From: Coleofasciculus chthonoplastes F2-STO-03
Lineage (GTDB): Bacteria > Cyanobacteriota > Cyanobacteriia > Cyanobacteriales > Coleofasciculaceae
DNA length: 64,000 bases
Assembly (NCBI GenBank): GCA_040222015.1
Contig: JAVJWO010000130.1
Span: 32,001-96,000 of the forward strand
Direction: 5' to 3'
Part shown: piece after piece, positions 19,654 through 28,839 of the stretch
Layout: every line of letters starts with the position of its first letter
How positions within the stretch are numbered: position 1 is the stretch's first letter
The notes under the pieces: generated by a model
Databases searched by the model: none
What the model was told of the DNA's origin: nothing
Seen by the model: the letters and a program-made list of their open reading frames with translations, nothing else
Translations under genes and position numbers: made by a program

Positions 19654-21387
19654 TCAATAATGACTTCCCGATTTGCGATGATGTACAGCCGTCATCCCCA
19701 TCGATTGCAATACTTTACCATTATCAACAATCGCATAGACTAACCAGTGATCGCCACAGTCCATCCGACTCTGCACTGTACATTCTAAATAAGCCAAGGC
19801 ATCTTTGATAATCGGACAACCATTTTCCGCCGTTTCCGTCTCTAACCCTGCAAATCGATCGTCCCCTGGGGCAAAGGATTGCAAAAAGTGTCGCCGGACA
19901 TTCATCCCTTCTTTTAAGATATTCAGGACAAAGCTATCTCCCGTATGCGTCAACGACTCAACTGTCCGATCTTTAGCAATGGCAACGGTGATTCCTGGCG
20001 GATTGAATGAGGCTTGCGTTACCCAAGAGGCTAACATACCACTACGAACATTACCACGCTGCGCCGCCACAACACACAATGACCCGACAATTTGTCCCAC
20101 CGCTTGCGCCGTTCGATCAATTTGGGCGCTACTGACGGCTTGTTTTGGGGCGCGGAATTTCTTGGATTTTTTCAGCGCCTGGGCAAAGTCTGTGCCAACT
20201 TCTTTACAATATTGAATTGTCTCGTCGTCAGGTTTAAATTTAACCCGAATCGATTCAAACCCTAATCGATACCCTGCATCTAAAAGTTTGCTTTCAATTT
20301 CATCAACGGCTTCACCACTCCAACCATAGGAACCAAACACCCCAGCCAGTTTGGTTTTCGCGGCATTGGAGAGGACAATCCCTAACCCCGTTTGCACTTG
20401 AGTGGGGGTATGTCCGCCTAGAGTCGGGGAACCAATCAGAAAGCCATCACAGCGTTGAATCGCGGCTTCAATCTCCCCAGTTTCGGCAAATTCACAGTTA
20501 ATCGATTCGACGGCTGCACCCGTTTTGGTGATACCTTTCGCGATCGCTTGGGCTAAGGTGGCAGTATTCCCATAAGCTGATGCATAAATTAGCGCTATTG
20601 TCAAGTCCTGTTCGGTTTGCTGCTGACCCCATTGGCGATAGTCATGGAGGAATCGACTGAGGCTGTAGCGGACAATCGGACCATGACCTGGCGCGTACAT
20701 TTTAGCCGAGAACGTGGCTAGTTTGTTCAGGGCGACGTCCACCTGTCGTGCTTGGGCAGCATGGAGACAATCATAATAGTAGCGTCGGTCTTCGTCTAGG
20801 CGTTTCCAGTTTTCATCGAAGAGTTCATCGCCGCAGACATGGGCGCCGAAGAGTTTATCGGTAAATAGAATACGGCTTTGGGGGTCATACGTACATTGTC
20901 CATCGGGCCAACGGGGTGTGGGGATGGGGATGAATTGTAGCTGATGATTTTGACCTAAGTCTAAGGTTTCCTCGCCTTTGGGTACCCAAACATTGCATTG
21001 GTGTTCCCGTAAGGCATTTTGTAACGCAACCGCCCCGGCTTTAGAACAAACAAAGGTAATTTGGGGGGCTAAGTCTAGCAAGGCTTTCAGCGTTACCATC
21101 CGGTTGGGATTAACATGACCTAAAATCACATAATCCAATTGCTGCACATTCATGCATTGCTGCAATTGATTCAGGAAGATTTCGGTAAAGGATTCCCCTG
21201 GCGGATCAATCAGCGCTGTTTTATCGGCTTGGATGAGATAGGAGTTGGCGGTTGTCCCCCGTTGCAGGGAATATTCGACCTCAAACTTAAGTCTATCCCA
21301 GGTGCGCGATCGCAAAACAGTTGTATCGGTTCCTTCAATGGCGGCGACTTGGACATCACGGGGTTTAATATCAGGGATTGTAGTCAT
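19654..21387 (-). CDS. Flavodiiron protein of the Flv1/Flv2 type (non-canonical iron ligands)
   Basis: RGTTANSYLI; GHVNPNR in place of HxEPDH; flavodoxin YASAYGNT; C-terminal flavin reductase domain (ASWVTQASFNPPG, GDHW). Confidence 0.92.
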   Translation of the reverse strand: MTTIPDIKPRDVQVAAIEGTDTTVLRSRTWDRLKFEVEYSLQRGTTANSYLIQADKTALIDPPGESFTEIFLNQLQQCMNVQQLDYVILGHVNPNRMVTLKALLDLAPQITFVCSKAGAVALQNALREHQCNVWVPKGEETLDLGQNHQLQFIPIPTPRWPDGQCTYDPQSRILFTDKLFGAHVCGDELFDENWKRLDEDRRYYYDCLHAAQARQVDVALNKLATFSAKMYAPGHGPIVRYSLSRFLHDYRQWGQQQTEQDLTIALIYASAYGNTATLAQAIAKGITKTGAAVESINCEFAETGEIEAAIQRCDGFLIGSPTLGGHTPTQVQTGLGIVLSNAAKTKLAGVFGSYGWSGEAVDEIESKLLDAGYRLGFESIRVKFKPDDETIQYCKEVGTDFAQALKKSKKFRAPKQAVSSAQIDRTAQAVGQIVGSLCVVAAQRGNVRSGMLASWVTQASFNPPGITVAIAKDRTVESLTHTGDSFVLNILKEGMNVRRHFLQSFAPGDDRFAGLETETAENGCPIIKDALAYLECTVQSRMDCGDHWLVYAIVDNGKVLQSMGMTAVHHRKSGSHY

Positions 21388-21560
21388 AGATAATCAGTTG
21401 GACGAGTTAATGTTGACGGTTTAGATTGGGACTTACGCAAAAGCTGTATATGTAGGGTGTGTTAGCGTAGCGTAACGCACCTTAACCAATAAATAGGATG
21501 TGACTGCGTAAGTTCTGAGATTAGGAAAAAGGGAACAGCCAAGACCGTGATATTTGGAAT

Positions 21561-22148
21561 TCAGTGACCCCTTTTATCTGCCACAACAGTCTTATTGGGG
21601 TAAGGGTTTAAGGGGTTATCATTAGACTCTGACATCTGACGAATAGTCGGCTGTTTATATCGCATAGATAACCGTTTCTCCGGGTCAATTCCATCGAAAG
21701 TTGGCGGCAAATACATCCGCACAATTAATAAGGCTGCCATCACAATTAAGAATGCACAAGCCGCTAAAATTTGAATCCAGGAGGTTTCCAAGACTCCTCG
21801 CACAATCACCTCCCGCAGAACGGAGACAATGGAAACTTCTACCGCGACACCAATTGATACCCGCTGTTCTTGTAAGTAAATAATCAGCAGTCGGAATAAC
21901 TCAACCAAAATCAGCAAGAACAGAATATCTGACGTTACGCCAGGGAAATCTAATGGCGGTAGCAACTCCACAAACATCTCTCGTAGCTGAATCGCCATAA
22001 AAGCAAATAAGCCAACACAGAGGGAAATGATAAATAAGTCTTGGATTGTTTCCAGCGCCCGAACAATGTGATTCCGCTTGAGCTGTTCATACCAGTTTGG
22101 CGGCGAGGATGGTGGAGAATCGTGCATGGGAGGTTCCTTCTGTATCAC
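21561..22148 (-). CDS. PsiE (phosphate-starvation-inducible) family membrane protein
   Basis: DILFLLILVELFRLLIIY, VEVSIVSVLREVI; four hydrophobic helices. Confidence 0.8.
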   Translation of the reverse strand: MIQKEPPMHDSPPSSPPNWYEQLKRNHIVRALETIQDLFIISLCVGLFAFMAIQLREMFVELLPPLDFPGVTSDILFLLILVELFRLLIIYLQEQRVSIGVAVEVSIVSVLREVIVRGVLETSWIQILAACAFLIVMAALLIVRMYLPPTFDGIDPEKRLSMRYKQPTIRQMSESNDNPLNPYPNKTVVADKRGH

Positions 22149-22303
22149 TAGAACCTAGATTACATTTTATCGGCTTATTGCTGCAATACTTTTCTATTTG
22201 AAAGGCTAATCAATAACATCAACAGACGCTGTGTCCTCAGCATCGGACGCACTCTGGAAGCGATAGCGACAGTCCCAGAAAACCTTTTTTAACCCTCATC
22301 TCT

Positions 22304-23719
22304 TCACGTTTCCGTATTCCGGCGTTCGATGAGTTGCAGCAGGATTTCGCCATGGAAGGAACGACTAATCGGATAGAAGTACGCCCAAGCTAAACCTCCC
22401 ATGAGGACAATAGCGGGAATCGGACCAATCAGCAGACGAATCGTCCACAAGGCGGATTCTGGTTGAGTCGGCGGTAACTGTTCGGATGTGGTGGAGATAA
22501 ACCCAGACATATCTAGGGCTTTACCCACGAGGAATAGTGCGATCGCGACGGCAATTTTGTGTATTTGTACCACTAAGGCATAGAAAATGCCCTCCCGCCG
22601 TTGTCCGGTGTTGAGTTCATCGAAATCAACCACATCCGGAAGCATTGACCAGGGTACAATGTAAGCCGTGGATAAACCCAGCCCCACAAATACCGCCATA
22701 ACATACATTAATCCCACTTGATTGGGTTGTAAGAAAAACAGTCCCATTAAGGCACAGACGGTAACAGGGATACCGATACAATAGATAGCCCGTTTACCTA
22801 TCCGTTTGGCGATCGCACTCCAGACAAATGTCAGGCTTAGGGCTGTTCCTTGAACCGTTAGCGCGGTTTGGGTAAAGTGATGATCGGGTAATCCCATCCA
22901 ATGAATCACAAAATAGGGGAGAATTGCCGCCGTTGTTTGCAGACTTAACCAAGAACACAAATAAATCCCAATTACACAAATAAACGGGAAGTTACTAAAC
23001 GCAATCCGAAACTGTTGGGTGATCGGTAAAAAAGATACTTGAGTCACAGATTCCCGTTGGGCTTCGATTTGCTTATAACGCTTATGCGTGCCCCAAACAC
23101 AAAGGAAAATCGCTAACGTGGCGACGACTGCACAAATTGTTCCCAGAATCCGATACTCTTGAGATGGATCATCAATCTGGGCAAAAATAATCTGGGCTAA
23201 ACCCAGGGAGAAAATACTCGCACCGATACTAAACGCGGCTTTGAAGCTAATTAAACCAATGCGTTCGTCATAGCTTTGAGTTAGTTCAGCCGCTAACGCA
23301 TTATGGGTGAGAACAACCGAAGTAAACGCGGCATAAAAGAGAATCCCAACTCCCCCATAATAGGCAAACAGTAGCCATTGATTCGAGGTAGGCGGAACAA
23401 ACCACTGTAAGCTAAAGCCAATCCCCAAGGGAATCGCCCCGATCAGCATCCAGGGGTAACGCCGCCCTAAAGGAGAACGAGTGCGATCGCTCAAATACCC
23501 GATCATCGGATCATTAATCGCATCCCAAACCTTGCCAATCAGCAAAACACTCCCCGCCAAGGTGGGATTTAATCCCGCGACATTGGTGAGGAAAAACAGT
23601 AAGAAAAAAACTAAGATATTACCCGGAATCTCTCCTCCCAGTTCTCCAACTCCATAAGCTAGTTTGGTGGGCAAATTCAAGGGTTCACTAGGAGTTTTCT
23701 GGGGGACAGGATTAGCCAT
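22304..23719 (-). CDS. MFS transporter, GPH/MelB family
   Basis: KLAYGVG, WDAINDPMIGYLSDRTRSPLGRRYPW, PDVVDFDELNTGQRREG. Confidence 0.92.
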   Translation of the reverse strand: MANPVPQKTPSEPLNLPTKLAYGVGELGGEIPGNILVFFLLFFLTNVAGLNPTLAGSVLLIGKVWDAINDPMIGYLSDRTRSPLGRRYPWMLIGAIPLGIGFSLQWFVPPTSNQWLLFAYYGGVGILFYAAFTSVVLTHNALAAELTQSYDERIGLISFKAAFSIGASIFSLGLAQIIFAQIDDPSQEYRILGTICAVVATLAIFLCVWGTHKRYKQIEAQRESVTQVSFLPITQQFRIAFSNFPFICVIGIYLCSWLSLQTTAAILPYFVIHWMGLPDHHFTQTALTVQGTALSLTFVWSAIAKRIGKRAIYCIGIPVTVCALMGLFFLQPNQVGLMYVMAVFVGLGLSTAYIVPWSMLPDVVDFDELNTGQRREGIFYALVVQIHKIAVAIALFLVGKALDMSGFISTTSEQLPPTQPESALWTIRLLIGPIPAIVLMGGLAWAYFYPISRSFHGEILLQLIERRNTET

Positions 23720-23786
23720 CAGGGATGTTTACAACTCATTTTGAGCGATCATCTCATTTCTGATGGCAGATGACAAGGTTATCCTT

Positions 23787-23838
23787 CGTCATTTGTCATT
23801 TGTCATTTGTCATTTGTCATTTGTCATTTGTCATTTGT
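23787..23838. repeat. 7-bp STRR tract (CATTTGT)n
   Basis: Tandem TCATTTG units. Confidence 0.9.
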
Positions 23839-23916
23839 TTTTCCGAATGACGTAGCCTGCTTCTCGCGAAGCGAGTATGATAAATGACGAATTTTCCTTT
23901 GTCTACAGGTGATTAA

Positions 23917-24252
23917 TTAATTGTCATGCATTTCAGCTACTTGATGCAGCGACGTTTCAAATTCCATGCGCTGTTGGGCATTGCGGAGAAAGTAACCGCT
24001 CATCATCGCAGAAACTAATAACCGACTCAGATTTTCGCGGTTAGTTGTAACGGTGACATTAAAATGTTCGTGAGGGAGTGCGCCTAACATTCCGATTAGG
24101 TTGCGTTCCATCACCTGAACCACTTCCGGATCGGGTTTAGAGAGTTGGGTAACAGTTTCTGGATGCAGAGACTGGACATATTGCCAGAGTACGTTACCGC
24201 CTTCGCCTTCGTTGTCGAAGAATTCTGAAACTCGATTGGACAGATTGTTCAT
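23917..24252 (-). CDS. DUF760 family protein
   Basis: LWQYVQSL, GMLGALP..F.VTVTTNRENLSRLL.SAMMSGYFLRNAQQRM. Confidence 0.88.
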   Translation of the reverse strand: MNNLSNRVSEFFDNEGEGGNVLWQYVQSLHPETVTQLSKPDPEVVQVMERNLIGMLGALPHEHFNVTVTTNRENLSRLLVSAMMSGYFLRNAQQRMEFETSLHQVAEMHDN

Positions 24253-24389
24253 AATAGCTAAATTCGTTTGTTTTCCTATCTCTTATCTCTTATCTCTTAT
24301 CTCTTATTTTAATCAATCTCTTAGCCGTCGTCTAGTGAGTGCAACCGAACACCTGTGGCGGATTTTACGACTAATTCCAGGTGCTGAAA

Positions 24390-25214
24390 TCATCCTGTCA
24401 ATGATGCCAAAAATGCCTTGACCACTTCCGCCCAACCCTGAGAACCGGGTGCGGGTGCGACTTGCCATCCTTTACCGGATAATCCGGGATGAATCCCTTT
24501 ATTTCCGGGAACAATTACCGGACTATCCACAGCTTCCAGCATCTCTAAGTCATTGGGACTATTGCCTAAACCCAGGGTAGTAATTTTGGCATCGGGTTGA
24601 GCAGATTGGTAGGAGTCTACTAACCACTGTACCGCTTTTCCTTTACCTGCTCCAGCACCGAGCAAATGACAGAAGCGATCGCCAACAACTATCCGGTATC
24701 CTAAGTCTTGTACAATTTGGTTAAGGCGTTCTGGTGTTACCTTCTTAGGAATCACAAAGGGTTCAGTAAACTCCCGCGCCTTGGCTTGTTTTGCTTCATC
24801 GGAGGACAATCCTGTCAAGTGACAAATCTCGGCTTCACTCATATCCCCAAATCCCCGCAAGGGTTCATTGAGGGCGGTGGCTATTTTCTCTAATCCAAGT
24901 CTGGCTTCAGCATAAGTACAACCTAAGTGATGCAGATGATAACCCCCCCATTGGTTACTTTTGGGTAAGGTTAAGTAGTTATAATCGAGGGGAACAAAGA
25001 TACCGCTACCATTTTCCACAATAAACGGATCATTGATTTGTAGGGATTGGCGCAGCGTTTCGACTTCTAGGCGTGTCTTACTGGTAACCGGAATAACCGG
25101 AATCTGATTATTTTTTAAGGTATTGAGAACAGGAATCGCATTCTGATAACTATAGGTTTCAGAATCCAGAAGCGTGCCATCTAAGTCAGTGAAAATGATT
25201 AAAATGGTTTTCAT
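24390..25214 (-). CDS. HAD-IIB mannosyl/glucosyl-3-phosphoglycerate phosphatase family
   Basis: FTDLDGTLLD, TSKTRLE, IVENGS, AKAREFTEPF, GNSPNDLEML. Confidence 0.88.
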   Translation of the reverse strand: MKTILIIFTDLDGTLLDSETYSYQNAIPVLNTLKNNQIPVIPVTSKTRLEVETLRQSLQINDPFIVENGSGIFVPLDYNYLTLPKSNQWGGYHLHHLGCTYAEARLGLEKIATALNEPLRGFGDMSEAEICHLTGLSSDEAKQAKAREFTEPFVIPKKVTPERLNQIVQDLGYRIVVGDRFCHLLGAGAGKGKAVQWLVDSYQSAQPDAKITTLGLGNSPNDLEMLEAVDSPVIVPGNKGIHPGLSGKGWQVAPAPGSQGWAEVVKAFLASLTG

Positions 25215-25361
25215 TTGTCCTTTTTTATGGGGTTATTCTTACGCTGTTCTACATTTCAACTGTAAAGTCAATACGGACAAAATCATTGTACAGCGAGCCA
25301 AAAATATCGCTACTAATCCCAAATTTAAATGCATGACAGCTTAGTCAGCTACGTTTCTTTT

Positions 25362-26936
25362 CTACAGTCTCAAGAGACTCACATTGTCTCCATAATACTT
25401 GTCAATTAATTTCAGAATATCCTGATAATCAAAGTCATTCGCGAGTTCCAACACCTGGGTAACAAAGGCAAGATAGTCAGAATTTAATTGTTGAAGTCGC
25501 AAAATTTGCTGCTGCACATTTTGAACGTCACCCATTTGAGCAGCTTCATACAGCAGTAGTAGTTCTGCTAGCGGCGGTACTACTACTTCAGTTTCTGGGG
25601 ATAAAGTGTTGATGATTTGATCCGACTCATCCCCAAGTTCCTGAGATAGAGTTTGGCTCTGACTATCATCAATTTCATTAAAATCTGCCCAGGATAAAGG
25701 CGTATACACATCCAAGTCAAACCAAAATTTGCTGCCTAGGTTGGGACAACTTTCCAGAAAAATTTCACTCCCCATAAGAGCCAGGATTTTTTGGCTAATA
25801 GTCAGTCCTAATCCCGTTCCTTCTGGGCTATGGGAACGCTCCATCACTTGCTCAAATGGCAAGAAAATGTTTTCCCATTTTTCTGGAATAATTCCTATCC
25901 CTGTATCTTCGATTTCAAAGCGGATATTGGCAAAGATTTTTTTGGCTTTACCTGTTAGCTTAGATGAAATTAATTTATGTTCATTCGATTCATAACTGCA
26001 ACTCCTGACGCTCACTTTTAAAGTAACACTACCTTGACAAGTAAATTTAATTGCATTAGAAAGCAAATTAATTAAAACTTGGCGCAGTCGTTTTTCATCA
26101 ATATATATCTCTGGAGGCAGTGAAGTGAGCTTAAAATAGACAAATTGAAGCTTTTTCTCTTGAGCTTTAAATTTAAATAGTTCTACCAAGTTATTTAAAA
26201 ATAAATAAAAATCAATATAGTCAGGAAAAAGTTCCAGTTTTTGAGCTTCAATTTTAGACAAATCTAAAATATCATTAATCAGCATAAGTAGATGACTACC
26301 GCACTGATAAATAACGCTAAGTCCCTTGTGTTGCAAAGGAGTGCAATCGATATCTTTTTGCAGCAGTTGAGCGTAACCCAAAATTCCTGTGAGGGGAGAA
26401 CGGAGTTCATGACTCATGTTAGCTATAAACACACTTTTGGCCCGGTTGGCGGCTTCAGCTTGCTCAACGGCTTGGTGCAAAGCGGCTTCAGTTTGCTGGC
26501 GAATCTGAATCTCTTCCAAAAGCTGTGCATTTTGCACAACGAGTTGCTGAGAAAGTCTCTGAAGGCGCAATTGATTCTCGACTCGCGCCACGACTTCTGG
26601 GGCTTGAAAGGGTTTAGTAATGTAGTCCACACCGCCAACGGCAAAGGCTTTGAGTTTATCAGCCGTTTCATTTAAGGCACTTAAAAATATGATGGGAATT
26701 GAACAAGTGGTGGTGTCTTCTTTAAGAATCGAGCAGACTGTATAGCCATCCATCTGTGGCATTTTAATGTCGAGGAGAATTAAGTTAGGCGGGTGAGAAC
26801 GAACTGTTTCTAATGCCACCTGTCCACTAATGGCTTTTCTAACTTTATAACCCTCTAACCTAAGAATTGCCGCCAAGGAGCGCAGGTTATCTATATTGTC
26901 ATCTACGATTAAAAGACTCGTTTGCTTGTTTACCAT
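25362..26936 (-). CDS. REC-histidine kinase hybrid
   Basis: N-terminal receiver (IVDD, LLDIKMP, KPF), H-box MSHELRSPL, NLLSNAIKFT, DTGIGI, GTGLGL. Confidence 0.93.
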   Translation of the reverse strand: MVNKQTSLLIVDDNIDNLRSLAAILRLEGYKVRKAISGQVALETVRSHPPNLILLDIKMPQMDGYTVCSILKEDTTTCSIPIIFLSALNETADKLKAFAVGGVDYITKPFQAPEVVARVENQLRLQRLSQQLVVQNAQLLEEIQIRQQTEAALHQAVEQAEAANRAKSVFIANMSHELRSPLTGILGYAQLLQKDIDCTPLQHKGLSVIYQCGSHLLMLINDILDLSKIEAQKLELFPDYIDFYLFLNNLVELFKFKAQEKKLQFVYFKLTSLPPEIYIDEKRLRQVLINLLSNAIKFTCQGSVTLKVSVRSCSYESNEHKLISSKLTGKAKKIFANIRFEIEDTGIGIIPEKWENIFLPFEQVMERSHSPEGTGLGLTISQKILALMGSEIFLESCPNLGSKFWFDLDVYTPLSWADFNEIDDSQSQTLSQELGDESDQIINTLSPETEVVVPPLAELLLLYEAAQMGDVQNVQQQILRLQQLNSDYLAFVTQVLELANDFDYQDILKLIDKYYGDNVSLLRL

Positions 26937-26959
26937 AACTACCCTTTGCTCTCGTCAAT

Positions 26960-28477
26960 TTAATTTGAAATATTGCAGTATAAATTTACAGGAATTGAGT
27001 ATTCCGCTACCGTCTGATTTCTGCCTCCTGCTTTAGCTCGATACAGTGCCTGATCTGCCTGATTAATTAACGCTTCCACGTTCACTAAAGGATTAGGAAT
27101 TAGACTGGACACGCCTAAACTTAATGTGACATATTTACTGCTCTCTGAACCGCGATGGGGAATCTTGAGAGTTTCCACGCCTTGGCGGATAGTTTCGGCA
27201 ACATGAATCGCGCCTTTGGCATCAGTATTGGGTAAAATGACGGCAAATTCTTCACCGCCATAGCGGGCGACTAAATCGGCGGGACGTTTAACTAAGAGGC
27301 GGATTTTAGTGGCTACGTTTCGCAGACAATCATCGCCGGCTTGATGTCCATAGGTATCGTTATAACGCTTAAAAAAATCAATATCTGCTAAAATTAAGGA
27401 AAGGGGAAGTTGCTCTCGAAATAGTCGTTGCCATTCTCGATGAATGTATTGGTCAAATTTGCGGCGATTGGCGATTCCGGTTAAGCCATCAATAGTCACT
27501 AAATATTTGAGTTTCTGATTGGCTTCAAATAAAGCCGTTTCGACTTTAATCCGCTGCATCAATGTGCCTAACTGAGCCGCGATTAGCTGGATAAAGTCGA
27601 TTAATCTCGGTTCGGATTCACTTCTGGCTTGTTTGAAAAAGACTAAAATGGCTAAGACGCGATCGCGAAACAGAATTGGTACGCCGACACCCGTTTTTAG
27701 GTCAAGATTTAACCCCCCTTCAGCACAAAGACAACAGCAAGCCGATTCTGCCGAAATCTCGGTGATCCATTCCGGCTTTTGCGATACCCACACTCGCCCC
27801 GGTAGTCCAATATTCGGCGCAAAGGTAGTAGTTTTTCGATGATATCTAAATAAGTCAAAGGTGGGATCTCGACTATACCATCCCCGACTACAGTCCAGGA
27901 GAGTTTCTTTCGGATTAGGAATCCACGCTTCGGCAAAATCCCAATCAATAGTTTGACAAATTTTTGTTAATGTGATAGTCAGGGCAGACTGAAAATCATC
28001 GGTTTGGCTAATCCGGTGAGTCAGCGTTAATAAAAGCTGTAATTGGGCATTTTGGTCTTGAAGTTGCTTCTTTTGGGCGAGGAGTTCTTGGCGTTGATGT
28101 GCAATCATCAGATTATTTTTAACGCGGATTAATACCTCTTGCGCCTGAAAGGGTTTTACAATATAATCTGACCCACCCACATTAAAGGCTTTCACCTTAT
28201 CTTCTACGTCATCTAAGGCACTCAAAAAGATAACGGGAATCCTTTGAGTAGCGGCGTTGGCTTTTAGAGTTGAGCAAACGGTATAGCCATCCATTTGCTG
28301 CATTTTGACATCGAGGAGAATTAAGTCCGGCGGGTAGGAACGAATGGTTTCTAACGCCATCTTGCCACTAATAGCTTTTCTCACTTTATACCCAGCACTG
28401 ATGAGGATGGCAGCCAGCGATCGCAGATTATCAGGATGGTCATCTACAATTAAGATATTTGCTTTAACATCTAACAT
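26960..28477 (-). CDS. REC-GAF-GGDEF diguanylate cyclase
   Basis: Receiver, GAF (GLPGRVW), DIDFFKRYND, RPADLVARYGGEEF with an RxxD I-site. Confidence 0.93.
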   Translation of the reverse strand: MLDVKANILIVDDHPDNLRSLAAILISAGYKVRKAISGKMALETIRSYPPDLILLDVKMQQMDGYTVCSTLKANAATQRIPVIFLSALDDVEDKVKAFNVGGSDYIVKPFQAQEVLIRVKNNLMIAHQRQELLAQKKQLQDQNAQLQLLLTLTHRISQTDDFQSALTITLTKICQTIDWDFAEAWIPNPKETLLDCSRGWYSRDPTFDLFRYHRKTTTFAPNIGLPGRVWVSQKPEWITEISAESACCCLCAEGGLNLDLKTGVGVPILFRDRVLAILVFFKQARSESEPRLIDFIQLIAAQLGTLMQRIKVETALFEANQKLKYLVTIDGLTGIANRRKFDQYIHREWQRLFREQLPLSLILADIDFFKRYNDTYGHQAGDDCLRNVATKIRLLVKRPADLVARYGGEEFAVILPNTDAKGAIHVAETIRQGVETLKIPHRGSESSKYVTLSLGVSSLIPNPLVNVEALINQADQALYRAKAGGRNQTVAEYSIPVNLYCNISN

Positions 28478-28511
28478 CGCTGCCCTCCTCGGTTATAAGT
28501 AATAAGTCTAT

Positions 28512-28679
28512 TGTAGAGCCAGGTTGAGCAACTGTAGGGGCGGGTTGAACAACTGTAGGGGCGAGTTGAGCAACTGTAGGGGCGGGTTGAACAACTGTAG
28601 GGGCGGGTTGAACAACTGTAGGGGCGGGTTGAACAACTGTAGGGGCGGGTTGAACAACTGTAGGGGCGGGTTTAGGAAC
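28512..28679 (+). repeat. 21-bp tandem repeat, 8 units (TGTAGGGGCGGGTTGAACAAC)
   Basis: Units start at 28512, 28533, 28554, 28575, 28596, 28617, 28638 and 28659. Confidence 0.95.
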
Positions 28680-28691
28680 TCAAATCAGCTA

Positions 28692-28836
28692 GTCAGAAAT
28701 AACGAAAAAACAAAACCCGCCCTTGTCAGAAATAACGAAAAAACAAAACCCGCCCTTGTCAGAAATAACGAAAAAACAAAACCCGCCCTTGTCAGAAATA
28801 ACGAAAAAACAAAACCCGCCCTTGTCAGAAATAACG
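28692..28836 (+). repeat. 33-bp tandem repeat, 4 full units plus a partial
   Basis: GTCAGAAATAACGAAAAAACAAAACCCGCCCTT at 28692, 28725, 28758, 28791 and partial at 28824. Confidence 0.95.
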
Positions 28837-28839
28837 GAA

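Noticed and set aside
26620..28450. DNA similarity between the receiver domains of adjacent genes as a diversity-generating template
   Set aside because: Ordinary paralogy with scattered differences; no reverse transcriptase, and no adenine-specific pattern was evident.
28512..28836. Possible CRISPR array or 110-aa repeat protein (28524-28856)
   Set aside because: Units are head-to-tail with no unique spacers and no cas genes. The ORF is a by-product of 21- and 33-bp periods.
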